A stretch of DNA of 43,166 bases from an uncultured Pseudomonadota bacterium. Lineage in GTDB: Bacteria; Pseudomonadota; Gammaproteobacteria; Steroidobacterales; Steroidobacteraceae. This document shows positions 19,323 through 27,964 of this stretch, one piece after another. Location: the NCBI GenBank assembly GCA_903890265.1, contig CAITAM010000086.1, positions 1-43,166 on the forward strand. Reading direction: 5' to 3'. Position 1 is the first letter of the stretch, and every line of letters starts with the position of its first letter. The notes under the pieces were generated by a model. That model made no database searches. It was given only the letters and a program-made list of their open reading frames with translations, and had not been told where the DNA came from. The translations under genes and the position numbers were made by a program.

Positions 19323-20306
19323 TCACCGTCGTTTCAGCGATTCAACGAGCCCAAGCCAGTTGCCGTAAAACGCTTCGGCAGCCGCCGCCCAGCGATGGGT
19401 CGCCGAGGCCAGCGCGAGGTCGAACGGAAAATCCGCCAGCCGCGTCGACGCCGGAGCCGCACGCGCCCGCTCGGCGAATCCGTCCAGCGCCGCCCGCGCG
19501 GCCGGGCCGAAGTAACCCTCCGGCTCTGCGGGGTACGTCGCACGCTCGCCGGCGAGGAACCGACCGACATCCCGCCGGAATTCGCGCAGCAGCGTATCGG
19601 CGAGATACTCGGGATGCCCCTGGCAGAACACCAGCAGGCTTCGTGACTGCTTGGCAAAGAGGTCCGCGCCGTTGTCGGCGGACGACGTCAGCATCTCGTA
19701 GCCCGCACCGACCAGATCGGGCAGCCGGATTTCGTTCCAGCGGGAGTGCGGCGTCAGCACCACCTCCGGCAGTCCCTTGAGCAACGCATGGCCGGACTGG
19801 CCGGCGTGCTCAAAGACGCCGCTGCGCTTCTCGGCAAGCCGGATTCTCGGCACACGGTCGAGCCGCCACACGGCCGCGTGGGCCGCAAGGCACGACCACA
19901 GGCTCGTCGGCAGGTGCCCGTCGGCGTACTCTAGCAAGTCGCAGAGGCTCGACCAGTACGGTTCGTCCTCCACGTGCCCGGCTTTTGGCTCCGTGCCCGT
20001 CACGATCAGGGCATCGGGCGCCGATGCGGTGAGCGCGGCCAGGCTCCAGTACCGGCCGTCCATATGGCGTGCGACCGCGTCGCCGCGGACGATGCCGTCG
20101 AGGCAGGCGTAGCGAACCCTGATACGGCGGGTACCGGCACCGGCAGCGAGCAAGCGCGTGAACTGCCGCTCCGTGCCAAGCAGGGCACTGTCCGGCATGT
20201 TGTTCACGATCCCGATGGTCAGCGCGGCACCGCGGTCGTGGTCGACCGCCAGTCCTCGCCCCTCGGCGGCTGGCTGCCCTGGCGGCAGATCGATCTCGAT
20301 GGACAC
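19323..20306 (-). CDS. metA: MetA-family homoserine O-acyltransferase
   Basis: It reads LTIGIVNNMPD...LIVTGTEP...SCLAAHAAV (Cys) ...PHSRWNE...CQGHPEY...NWL. A GTG start at 20306 follows AGGAAG with a 5-nt spacer. Confidence 0.8.
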   Translation of the reverse strand: MSIEIDLPPGQPAAEGRGLAVDHDRGAALTIGIVNNMPDSALLGTERQFTRLLAAGAGTRRIRVRYACLDGIVRGDAVARHMDGRYWSLAALTASAPDALIVTGTEPKAGHVEDEPYWSSLCDLLEYADGHLPTSLWSCLAAHAAVWRLDRVPRIRLAEKRSGVFEHAGQSGHALLKGLPEVVLTPHSRWNEIRLPDLVGAGYEMLTSSADNGADLFAKQSRSLLVFCQGHPEYLADTLLREFRRDVGRFLAGERATYPAEPEGYFGPAARAALDGFAERARAAPASTRLADFPFDLALASATHRWAAAAEAFYGNWLGLVESLKRR

Positions 20307-20383
20307 GCAAACTTCCTGAATCTGGGCGCAGCGGGCGGCGCCGGGGCAGCACGGCTTCAACTCGCCACGAGTGAGCCGGTCAT

Positions 20384-20408
20384 CGTTGCCCCTCATAATA
20401 TGGCAACG
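20384..20408. promoter_or_regulatory. 7-N11-7 inverted repeat CGTTGCC-cctcataatat-GGCAACG enclosing a -10-like CATAAT/TATTAT; candidate operator/promoter
   Basis: Read directly. It sits in the only AT-rich patch of the 367-bp divergent region between the metA-like and ATP-grasp genes. AATATGG recurs 29 bp away (20426-20432). Confidence 0.25.
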
Positions 20409-20673
20409 CGGGCACCGGTTGAAACAATATGGAAATATCAAGTACGGGCCCAACGGCAAGGCCGGACACCGACAGGCATGCGGTATGCGCGTGGTCGGAG
20501 GCCGGGTTCGCGGCCACGGTCGGCTCGCCAGTGCCCCGGGCGTCCTCACCGGGCGCGGTTGCGGCCGGGTGGCGAAAGTAACGACCGGTCCGCACTTTCT
20601 CCGGCGACCCGCCTAGCCCGGCCGTGGCTCGCTATACTCCGGCGCCGGAGCCCGACATTGCCGCGGTAGGATC

Positions 20674-21909
20674 GTGCCCCTTATGCCCACCTCATCGCCG
20701 CCCGTTGCCGTGTTTGATGACACCTGGTCACCCACGCTGACGTTCACGTACTCGCTGGGGCGGCGCGGGGTACCGCTGCACTTCTACGGCAGCGGCTCCG
20801 GCCAATGGACCCGCTTTCGTCATACGAGGGCCGCTTGCCCGCCACCCGGTCTGCCGGACGAATTCCTGCCCTGGCTTCAGGAGAAGATCGCCGCAGGTAC
20901 CATCGCCCGGATCGCGCCGACCAGCGACCTCATCGCCTATTACATTTCGGCGCTGCGGGACCATTTTCCTCGCGACGTGGCCCGGGCGATCGCACCGCTC
21001 AGTGAGATCGAGGCGTGCCTCATCAAGTCGCGTTTCGCCGACCGGTGCCTGTCCGTGGGCTGCGAGACACCGGCCGTCGCGTCGCCGACCGGACTGGATG
21101 AGGCCCTCGAGGCGGCCGAGCGCCTGGGCTACCCGGTCATCCTCAAGCCCAAAAGTCACCTTGGACTCGGCTTCGCCGAGCGTGGCTCGATCGCGCACAG
21201 CGCCGACGAGCTGCGGCAGCAGTTCCGCCCCTACTCGGTCCAGTCGGGACAGAACTATTTCCTGTCCCGCTATCCCGAGTTGCCGTGGCCCTTGCTGCAG
21301 AAATACCTGCCCGCGGCGCAACGGCGGGTCTACAGCGTGTCCGGAGTCCGGGATCGCGACACGGGTATCGTCTCCGCGGCCGTGTCCTTCAAAGGCGAGC
21401 AATGGCCCCCGGGCGTCGGCACGAGCATTCGGCAGGTGGGCGTCAACGACCCGCGTATCCTCACGGCCGGGCTCGGCGTCGTCGAGCACTTCCTGAGTTC
21501 AGGCATCTTCGAACTCGAACTGGTGGAGGATGCCGACGGCGGACTGAACGCGATTGATCTCAATCCGAGGGGCTTTGGTTTCATGGGGCTCGACCTCGCC
21601 CGAGGCCAGGACCTGCCGTGGCTCTGGTACTCGAGCACGTTGCACCCGGTGACGCCACTCGACCAGAGCACCCTGATCGACGCCGTGGAAGCCGTTCCGC
21701 CCGCGATCGGCCTCTGGGTGCTGCTCGCCAATTCGATCGCCGGGCCGTCGAAAAAGCGCGCTATCGTTTCCATGCTGGGGCACGGCGCAGACCCTGCGCC
21801 CCTCGTGCGCAGCAACCTTGCCCACCTGAAGCACCCTCGCAGCCTGCTTCGCGCCCAGTGGCACGCCTACCGGACGCACCGGGATCGGCTGGCCCCGGCA
21901 GCGCCTTAA
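20674..21909 (+). CDS. ATP-grasp-fold ligase (carboxylate-amine/thiol ligase type)
   Basis: It reads GYPVILKPKSH...LLQKYLP...YSVSGV...FELELVEDADGGLNAIDLNPR. The start is GTG 20674 or ATG 20683. Confidence 0.7.
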   Translation: MPLMPTSSPPVAVFDDTWSPTLTFTYSLGRRGVPLHFYGSGSGQWTRFRHTRAACPPPGLPDEFLPWLQEKIAAGTIARIAPTSDLIAYYISALRDHFPRDVARAIAPLSEIEACLIKSRFADRCLSVGCETPAVASPTGLDEALEAAERLGYPVILKPKSHLGLGFAERGSIAHSADELRQQFRPYSVQSGQNYFLSRYPELPWPLLQKYLPAAQRRVYSVSGVRDRDTGIVSAAVSFKGEQWPPGVGTSIRQVGVNDPRILTAGLGVVEHFLSSGIFELELVEDADGGLNAIDLNPRGFGFMGLDLARGQDLPWLWYSSTLHPVTPLDQSTLIDAVEAVPPAIGLWVLLANSIAGPSKKRAIVSMLGHGADPAPLVRSNLAHLKHPRSLLRAQWHAYRTHRDRLAPAAP

Positions 21910-22937
21910 GGCAACGGACCGTCGCCCGCCGCGCCCGATACCCGCCGCGCGTACTGGCGCAGCAGCGTCAAGGACGTGTCCCAGCCGTTGATCAGCGTGT
22001 CGAACGACGAGTAGTCCAGTGCCTTTTTACTGCTCACCGATCGCGCACCCTTCAATACCAGCGCCTTGCACAGCGTCGACATCTCATCGTGCAGCTGCAC
22101 AAGCTCGGCGCGCTCGGGCGCACCGTCCGCGAACAGCCACTCGAAGTACCGCGCGGCCAGGTCGCACATCGCGCCGAGCTGGCGGAAATTGGCGAACGCC
22201 CAGGCGTGGTAGTACTCAAGGCCCCGCTCCTGCAAGCGCGGCAATTCGGCACGCAGCCGGTCGGTAAAGCCAATGACAGGATTGCCGACCGGTCGCCGGC
22301 TGATCTCACGCAAGAGATGCCGTGCCGATCGCTCGCGCAGGTCCCGTCCACTCATCCGCCGCACGCGATCGACGTGGACGACTTCCGCAAATAACGGCAT
22401 GTACTCGGCCGACGGCTCCGCGTCGAGGCGAAACGTCGCGCGGTAGTCCGCGCCGCCCAGACGGAAGTATCCGCCGTTGTGGAAGTAGCCGAGCGTCCCG
22501 GCCCGGGGATCGATCTCGGCGAGAATAATCGTCGACTTCGTGTGCTTGCGCTGGTAGTCCGTCCCGGCGGTATCCGGCAGCCAGAAGGCGTCTGCTTCCG
22601 TGCTGATCAGACGCCCCTCGCCGAGGTAGTCCAGCGCGTGCTCGTGCAGCGTGCGCCAGACGTTCATTTCCTGCACGTCCACGCCGTACAGCTCGAACAG
22701 GTCCGTGTGCGCGGGCTTGAGAAAGGTCCACTGGTCCCCGTCAAAGTGCAGCGACACCGTGACCGGGAGCATGGCATGCGGATCCAAGCCGAGGGAATGG
22801 ACGAGCTCTATCCAGACGTCCACGTAGCAGTTCTTTTCGGGCCACGCGGACGATTCGCCGTGCAAGGCGTGCCGTTGGTAGCCGTCTGCCGAAAGACCCG
22901 CGATCGTCTGCCGGAGCGACTCGCCGTCGGTGCTCAT
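21906..22937 (-). CDS. DUF1839-family protein (unknown function)
   Basis: It reads GESSAWPEKNCYVDVWIELVHSLGLDP...FWLPDTAGTDYQRKHTKSTI...GYFHNGGYF. I recognise the family from memory. The ATG at 22937 lies 2 nt after the ligase stop. Confidence 0.65.
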   Translation of the reverse strand: MSTDGESLRQTIAGLSADGYQRHALHGESSAWPEKNCYVDVWIELVHSLGLDPHAMLPVTVSLHFDGDQWTFLKPAHTDLFELYGVDVQEMNVWRTLHEHALDYLGEGRLISTEADAFWLPDTAGTDYQRKHTKSTIILAEIDPRAGTLGYFHNGGYFRLGGADYRATFRLDAEPSAEYMPLFAEVVHVDRVRRMSGRDLRERSARHLLREISRRPVGNPVIGFTDRLRAELPRLQERGLEYYHAWAFANFRQLGAMCDLAARYFEWLFADGAPERAELVQLHDEMSTLCKALVLKGARSVSSKKALDYSSFDTLINGWDTSLTLLRQYARRVSGAAGDGPLP

Positions 22938-22939
22938 GC

Positions 22940-23854
22940 TCAGAGACCCAGCTTGGTCCGAACCGCACCGGGCCATCGGGCGGGATCAAAGCCGTGGGTT
23001 TTGAAGAGTGCGATGACGATTCGCTCGAGCCCGAAGCCCAGGCAGGCGGTACTCGCGGGCTCGCCGCTCGGCAGGACGATATCGAAGGCAGAGCCGAAGT
23101 ACTGCTGGTGGTAATTGAAGGAACACACGGCGGTCGGCGAGTCACCGTCGTTGACGGGCACGAGCACCTCGAATTTCAGCTGCTGCTGTGCCTGGCTCGC
23201 CGCCATGATCTTGCCGGCCCGGCCGAAAAAAGGATCGGACGCGACGTCGGACACGGCGTCGAGCCCGAGCGATTGGAGGAGCGTGAGGCCACGCTGCAGC
23301 CACATGTCCCGCCACTCCACCACCTGCGCCGGGGTGCCGACCCGGACGAATTCGCGCACCCGAAACGATTGCATCCGCGTGGGCTGCGGTGACGGCTCGT
23401 GACGAAACACCCAGTTGAACATCGTCACGAGATGGCCACTGTCCGGCACGACACCGGTAAAGCTCGGGTAGACCGGGTAGCAGGCCGCCGGATTCAGCAC
23501 GACATCGGTCATCTGCAAGAGGTCGCCCCACGGCTCGCCCGCGGCAATGCGTTGCGAAAAGCCCTTGGAACCGCGTTCATCGCCGAAATAACTGCATACC
23601 GCGCCACACAGGTGCGGGAACGAATCCATGTAATTGAGTTTCTCGATGATCTTGCGGCTGATCACCGGCGGGAACACGCAATAGCGCGCACCGTCGTCCC
23701 TCGAAATCTCATCGACCAGCGCGTTGAACCGTGCCAGCACGAGCTCGAATACCGCACCCCGGCCGAATGCTCCCTGGACACCGACGGGGATGATGAGGCC
23801 GTGCTCGACCAGACCATCGTACAGGGACGTCGGGGGGGCGCTTGCTCCGCTCAT
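22940..23854 (-). CDS. Amino acid:[carrier protein] ligase; class-II aaRS catalytic core (SerRS-like) without a tRNA-binding arm
   Basis: The protein is only 304 aa. Motif-2-like sequence is FRHEPSPQPTRMQSFRVREF and motif-3-like sequence is GFGLERIVIALF. Cys/Glu/Cys candidates (PAACYP, FRHE, AVCSFNYH) match the Zn site described for this family. Confidence 0.8.
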   Translation of the reverse strand: MSGASAPPTSLYDGLVEHGLIIPVGVQGAFGRGAVFELVLARFNALVDEISRDDGARYCVFPPVISRKIIEKLNYMDSFPHLCGAVCSYFGDERGSKGFSQRIAAGEPWGDLLQMTDVVLNPAACYPVYPSFTGVVPDSGHLVTMFNWVFRHEPSPQPTRMQSFRVREFVRVGTPAQVVEWRDMWLQRGLTLLQSLGLDAVSDVASDPFFGRAGKIMAASQAQQQLKFEVLVPVNDGDSPTAVCSFNYHQQYFGSAFDIVLPSGEPASTACLGFGLERIVIALFKTHGFDPARWPGAVRTKLGL

Positions 23855-23867
23855 AGCTCGGTCTCCG

Positions 23868-25037
23868 TCAGTCGTCCTTGACCACGAGCAGCAGAGACGC
23901 GCTCTTCGCTGCTATGCGCTCATTGGAAACCATGAGCGATGCCGATAGCAGGTCCCGGTAATGCCGGCCCACGGAAAACGGCGAGTCGTTCTTATAGCCC
24001 ATCAGGCCGGCGATCTGCAGCGCCTGATGCACGATCCGCGGGCCCGCCTCCGAACAGGCGCACTTCAGCTGGTTGAAGCGCAGGGCCCAGTTCATTGTAG
24101 TCAGTTCCTCGCGTCGGCCGGCGTCAGCCGAAATCTCGTCGAACTCCGCCGCCACCTGCTGCCAGTTATGGCGCATGGACTGCAGGTCCTGGCTGACACG
24201 GGCGAGCAGGATGGCCGAGGGCGGCGTTTCGCCGATTCGCTTGCGGGCCTCCGCGCGAACCACCGCACTTGCCCTCGACACGGCGTCGGCCGCGATCCCG
24301 GACCAGAGTCCAGCCCAGAGCACGTGCGAGTAAGGGACCATGGTGACGGCCGACGAGTCGGCGTAGGACCCGGGGATGATCTGATCGACGTGGCCGCTGG
24401 ACTCGAGCTTGAACCCCGGACTGACGGTCCCGCGCATGCCGAGCGGGTCCCAGGTGGACGTCTGGGTCAGGGTGTAATCGTCCTTCTTCACGAGCACGAG
24501 CACCTGGTCGCTCGCCGGTGACTCGGCCGTGCGGCGGCAGGTGACGAGAATCCCGTCCGCATGGCCGCAATACGATCCCGTGGTCGCGTCCTTGTTGAGC
24601 GTGAAGCGATCGCCGGCAATGTCCACCGCACAGATGCTGGAGCGGGTATCGCCGTAAGTGCCGACCTCCGAGGTCATCGAGGCGAGCAGCCACTGATGCT
24701 CGACGAGGCCGCGCATGTAGTCCTGAAAGTAGGCGGAGTGGGCGCCATGGCGGGCAATGCACCCGACCTGGATGTGGTGCATGGCAAGCACCATGCTGCT
24801 CGCGCCACAACCCTGGCCCAGGGCCGCGCACATGGCGGCGAGATCGCGAAGGCCCATGCCGGCGCCGCCAAACTCCTCCGGTACCGCGGCAGACAACGCC
24901 TTCTCGGCGCGCAGCGCCGCGAGGGTCTCGACCGGGAAGCGTGCGTGCCGATCGACGTCCGGCGCGTGTTTGCTGGCCACGTCCGCGGCGATCTGCTTCA
25001 TCCTGTCGATCATCGGATGTCGGTTCGGCATGGCCAT
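23868..25037 (-). CDS. Acyl-CoA-dehydrogenase-fold flavoprotein
   Basis: It shows the ACAD three-domain pattern (RFPVETLAALRAEKAL..., WDPLGMRGTVSPGF, GRHYRDLLSA). The RBS GAGAGGA fits the second Met (25031) better than the first. Confidence 0.85.
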   Translation of the reverse strand: MAMPNRHPMIDRMKQIAADVASKHAPDVDRHARFPVETLAALRAEKALSAAVPEEFGGAGMGLRDLAAMCAALGQGCGASSMVLAMHHIQVGCIARHGAHSAYFQDYMRGLVEHQWLLASMTSEVGTYGDTRSSICAVDIAGDRFTLNKDATTGSYCGHADGILVTCRRTAESPASDQVLVLVKKDDYTLTQTSTWDPLGMRGTVSPGFKLESSGHVDQIIPGSYADSSAVTMVPYSHVLWAGLWSGIAADAVSRASAVVRAEARKRIGETPPSAILLARVSQDLQSMRHNWQQVAAEFDEISADAGRREELTTMNWALRFNQLKCACSEAGPRIVHQALQIAGLMGYKNDSPFSVGRHYRDLLSASLMVSNERIAAKSASLLLVVKDD

Positions 25038-25174
25038 CCTCTCGTACCAGCGGCGCAGTTGATCGCCGGCTCCTCGTTGTCCCCGCGCGGATCTTACCGG
25101 ATCAGCGCTGCAGTTCCGGGAAGTAAATCCGGGTTTTGCCGACGCTTTCGCTGCACAAAACGCGTCGATGCGCG

Positions 25175-27688
25175 TCAGTTCGTCCAGTGCAGCACCCGTT
25201 CGCGAGTTATGTTCGCTGCCCGAAGGATCAGGCGACTCCCGAGCGGCAACCCGTTGCCCGCGAGCACGAGGCGCAGCGCAGCGCTGCCGGGCAGCAGGTC
25301 CACGTAGTTGTCGGAAAACGTGGCACCCGGCAGTTCCAGCGCAAGACCACGGACGTAGCGCGAAGCACTGACGATCAGCGCGGCCTGGTCGTGGTCTCGA
25401 TCGACCGTGATCGACACGTCATCCCATCGCGCCGAGGGGACGTCGACACCCGGCGGGCGGTACCCGCACTCGGCCAGTACCGCGCCCTGCCGATCCCGGA
25501 GCCTTGCTACGACGGTGTCATGCACCGGGGGGCCGAAGCGGTACACGTAGGACAGGTCCTGCCAGGTGTCGAACAGCTCGTTGGCGGATACGACCACGGT
25601 TGCGTGTGCCGCGATCTCGATCGGTGCCGAGCCGATCGTGCCGACGGGCGTTCCATCGCGGTACGTGGTCACCTCAAGGTGGCCCTCGACGACACCGGGC
25701 CGGTCGCTGGTCACGCATAGCGCAAGGCCCGCGCAGCCCCGGTCGGCGATGGTGACACCGAGCGGCTGGAGCACGCGGCGCAGCCCGTACCACGCCGCCT
25801 TCGGCCGGCCCGCGGAGTCGAGGATGCCCCAGCCGGCACCGGGCCACAGGTCGCGCAGGAACAGCACCAGGGCTCCCCGGCAGCGTGACGGTCCGCTTCG
25901 CCACTCGGCCATCGTCGCGGCCATCAACTCCGCGCTGACCAGCCGGCTGAGCGCGAGGTAGCGCTCGTGATCGGCGTAGCGCACGGCAGCAGGCGCCATG
26001 CCAAAGAGCTGCGCGAAATAACGATCCCGGACGTCATCAAAGTCCCAGCCCGCCCCGAGATCGCGTGGCGCACGCTCGTGCCACCTCGCCTGGTGAACAC
26101 GACTGTCCGCGCCGGGCAGCATTTCATCGAGCGAGTCGCGCTCCGGCACGTTGGCGAGAGCGAGGCATTCGGTCGCAAAGACCGGCGCGTCGTTCCGTCG
26201 CTCGTGCATCGAGAGCTGGTACGCGCCCACGCCGTAGTAGGACGTCGTGCCAGACGAGGGATCGTGCGGGAACGACCCGCCGTGCGCGCTCGACGGCCAG
26301 TACGGCACAGCGGGTGACAGCGATCTTGCGAGCTCGGCGATGGGGCCGTGAAAGAGCGTCGGAGTCCACAACTCCCGCTGCGTGCCCCACATCGCAGCCT
26401 GCTGCTCGACTTCGCTGTTGCCGCAGATCACGGCAAGGCACGGGCGGCGACGGAGATCCGAGATCGTCTGGCGTACCTCCTCGGTGACGGACTGCAGGAA
26501 ATCGCCATCATCGGCCGGATAATCCATGTTGGCGAACATCAGGTCCTGCCAGACAAGAATTCCCCTGGCGTCGCAGGCATCGAAGAAGGCGTCGCTCTCG
26601 TAGGTCATCGTGCCAACGACACGGACGGTGTTCATTCCGGCCGCCGCCACCAGGGACAGCATGCGCTCGTACTCGGCGGCCGTTGCGGTCAGCGAGACGG
26701 GATCCGGGGGTGTCCAGCAGACGCCACGGCAGAATACGGGCACGTCGTTGATGAACAGGCGGAATTCGGTGGCCGTGGTCTGCAGCGAGACGCGGCGAAA
26801 GCCGACGGCACCGAGGTCGACCTCGCTGCCGTCTGCCGCGCACAGGTACGCGTCGTAGAGCGCCGGCTCCCCGTGGGTATGGGGCCACCATTTCGCCACG
26901 TTCTCGACACGAAGTACCGCCGTGGCCGCTTGGTCGGCCGACACGTCGATGGGCGCGCTGAATACCTCGCCCAGTCGCCTGAGCTCAAGCCGCAGGCCGT
27001 CGCACCGATCGCCATCGCAGCGCGCACGAAGCGCCAAGACGCCGGTCGTGCCCTCGAGCTCGCAGTCAAGGTCGATCGCCGACAGGGACGACCCGGCCGA
27101 CGTGCCGAGCCAGACGTCGCGCCACGGACCGACCGCGGCCGCGGGCGGCGACCAGCCGGGAGTACGCCCGAGCAATGTCGTCCGCCACCAGCGCAGCTGC
27201 TGGTTCTCGACCATGGGCGTGCGCCAACGGGGCCGTGGCCTGCGCTCCTTCAGCAGACGGTCAAGCGCCGCGAAGCGAATGACGAGCGCATGGGCGCCGG
27301 GTTCCGGCGAGCCGAGCGGCAGTTCGTGGCGCAGGAACATGTTGCGGCTGGAGAGGAGCTCCCGATCATCCAGCCAGACGGTGGCGGCCGTGGCGAGGCC
27401 GTCCAGGCCGAGCGTCAGCGGGGCTCGTGGTGCCGGGACGTCGACGCGGACCCGGTACCACCAATCCACGTCGTCGAAACGACGTGGCGGACCGTTTAGC
27501 GACCACCGACCGAGGGCGCGCAGCGACGCCGCGGCGGTCGACGGGACGGTTGTAGGGAGCCACTCCGGGCCCGCACTGGCGACGTCCCGCGGGGTCACGC
27601 ACTGGCCGGCCGGCGTGCAGCAGAACTCCCAGTCGTCATGCAGGCGCCGGACGGCCGCGAACCTCGTCCCGAGACGGCGCTGCTCCAT
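25175..27688 (-). CDS. Glycoside hydrolase family 2, beta-mannosidase-like; no signal peptide
   Basis: It reads DWWYRVRV...NTVRVVGTMTYESDAFFDACDARGILVWQDLMFAN...ICGNSEVEQ...FATECLA. Both Glu-containing motifs are present. Confidence 0.8.
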   Translation of the reverse strand: MEQRRLGTRFAAVRRLHDDWEFCCTPAGQCVTPRDVASAGPEWLPTTVPSTAAASLRALGRWSLNGPPRRFDDVDWWYRVRVDVPAPRAPLTLGLDGLATAATVWLDDRELLSSRNMFLRHELPLGSPEPGAHALVIRFAALDRLLKERRPRPRWRTPMVENQQLRWWRTTLLGRTPGWSPPAAAVGPWRDVWLGTSAGSSLSAIDLDCELEGTTGVLALRARCDGDRCDGLRLELRRLGEVFSAPIDVSADQAATAVLRVENVAKWWPHTHGEPALYDAYLCAADGSEVDLGAVGFRRVSLQTTATEFRLFINDVPVFCRGVCWTPPDPVSLTATAAEYERMLSLVAAAGMNTVRVVGTMTYESDAFFDACDARGILVWQDLMFANMDYPADDGDFLQSVTEEVRQTISDLRRRPCLAVICGNSEVEQQAAMWGTQRELWTPTLFHGPIAELARSLSPAVPYWPSSAHGGSFPHDPSSGTTSYYGVGAYQLSMHERRNDAPVFATECLALANVPERDSLDEMLPGADSRVHQARWHERAPRDLGAGWDFDDVRDRYFAQLFGMAPAAVRYADHERYLALSRLVSAELMAATMAEWRSGPSRCRGALVLFLRDLWPGAGWGILDSAGRPKAAWYGLRRVLQPLGVTIADRGCAGLALCVTSDRPGVVEGHLEVTTYRDGTPVGTIGSAPIEIAAHATVVVSANELFDTWQDLSYVYRFGPPVHDTVVARLRDRQGAVLAECGYRPPGVDVPSARWDDVSITVDRDHDQAALIVSASRYVRGLALELPGATFSDNYVDLLPGSAALRLVLAGNGLPLGSRLILRAANITRERVLHWTN

Positions 27689-27697
27689 GACTGGGTG

Positions 27698-27964
27698 TTA
27701 CCCGGCGTCGACCAGTTTTTCGACCGCCGCCTGGATCGTCGCAATGCTCGTAAAGACGCCCCGGGTCAGCATCTGGTCGGGAAACTCGATGCCAAAGTGT
27801 TCTTCAAGCGCCAGCATGACGTTGACCGTCGCGTGGGACGTCAATCCGTGGGCACTGAGTTCGGCATCGCGCGCAATGGAACTCGCTGGCGCGGCGAGCC
27901 GCCCGTGCTCGGCAAGAATCTGGCGAATGCTCTCGTCCTGTTGCTCTTTACTGCTCATGTCCAT
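27698..27964 (-). CDS. Stand-alone acyl/peptidyl carrier protein
   Basis: The 88-aa protein reads ...GLTSHATVNVMLALEEHFGIEFPDQML..., an ACP helix II pattern with a candidate phosphopantetheinyl Ser. Its stop lies 9 nt before the GH2 ATG. Confidence 0.8.
   Translation of the reverse strand: MDMSSKEQQDESIRQILAEHGRLAAPASSIARDAELSAHGLTSHATVNVMLALEEHFGIEFPDQMLTRGVFTSIATIQAAVEKLVDAG

Noticed and set aside
20307-20673. I looked for a SAM-type riboswitch or leader peptide upstream of the metA-like gene.
   Set aside because: I recognised no SAM-I, SAM-II or SAM/SAH-like conserved core. The ORFs in this gap (for example 20371..20616) are low-complexity and lack an RBS.
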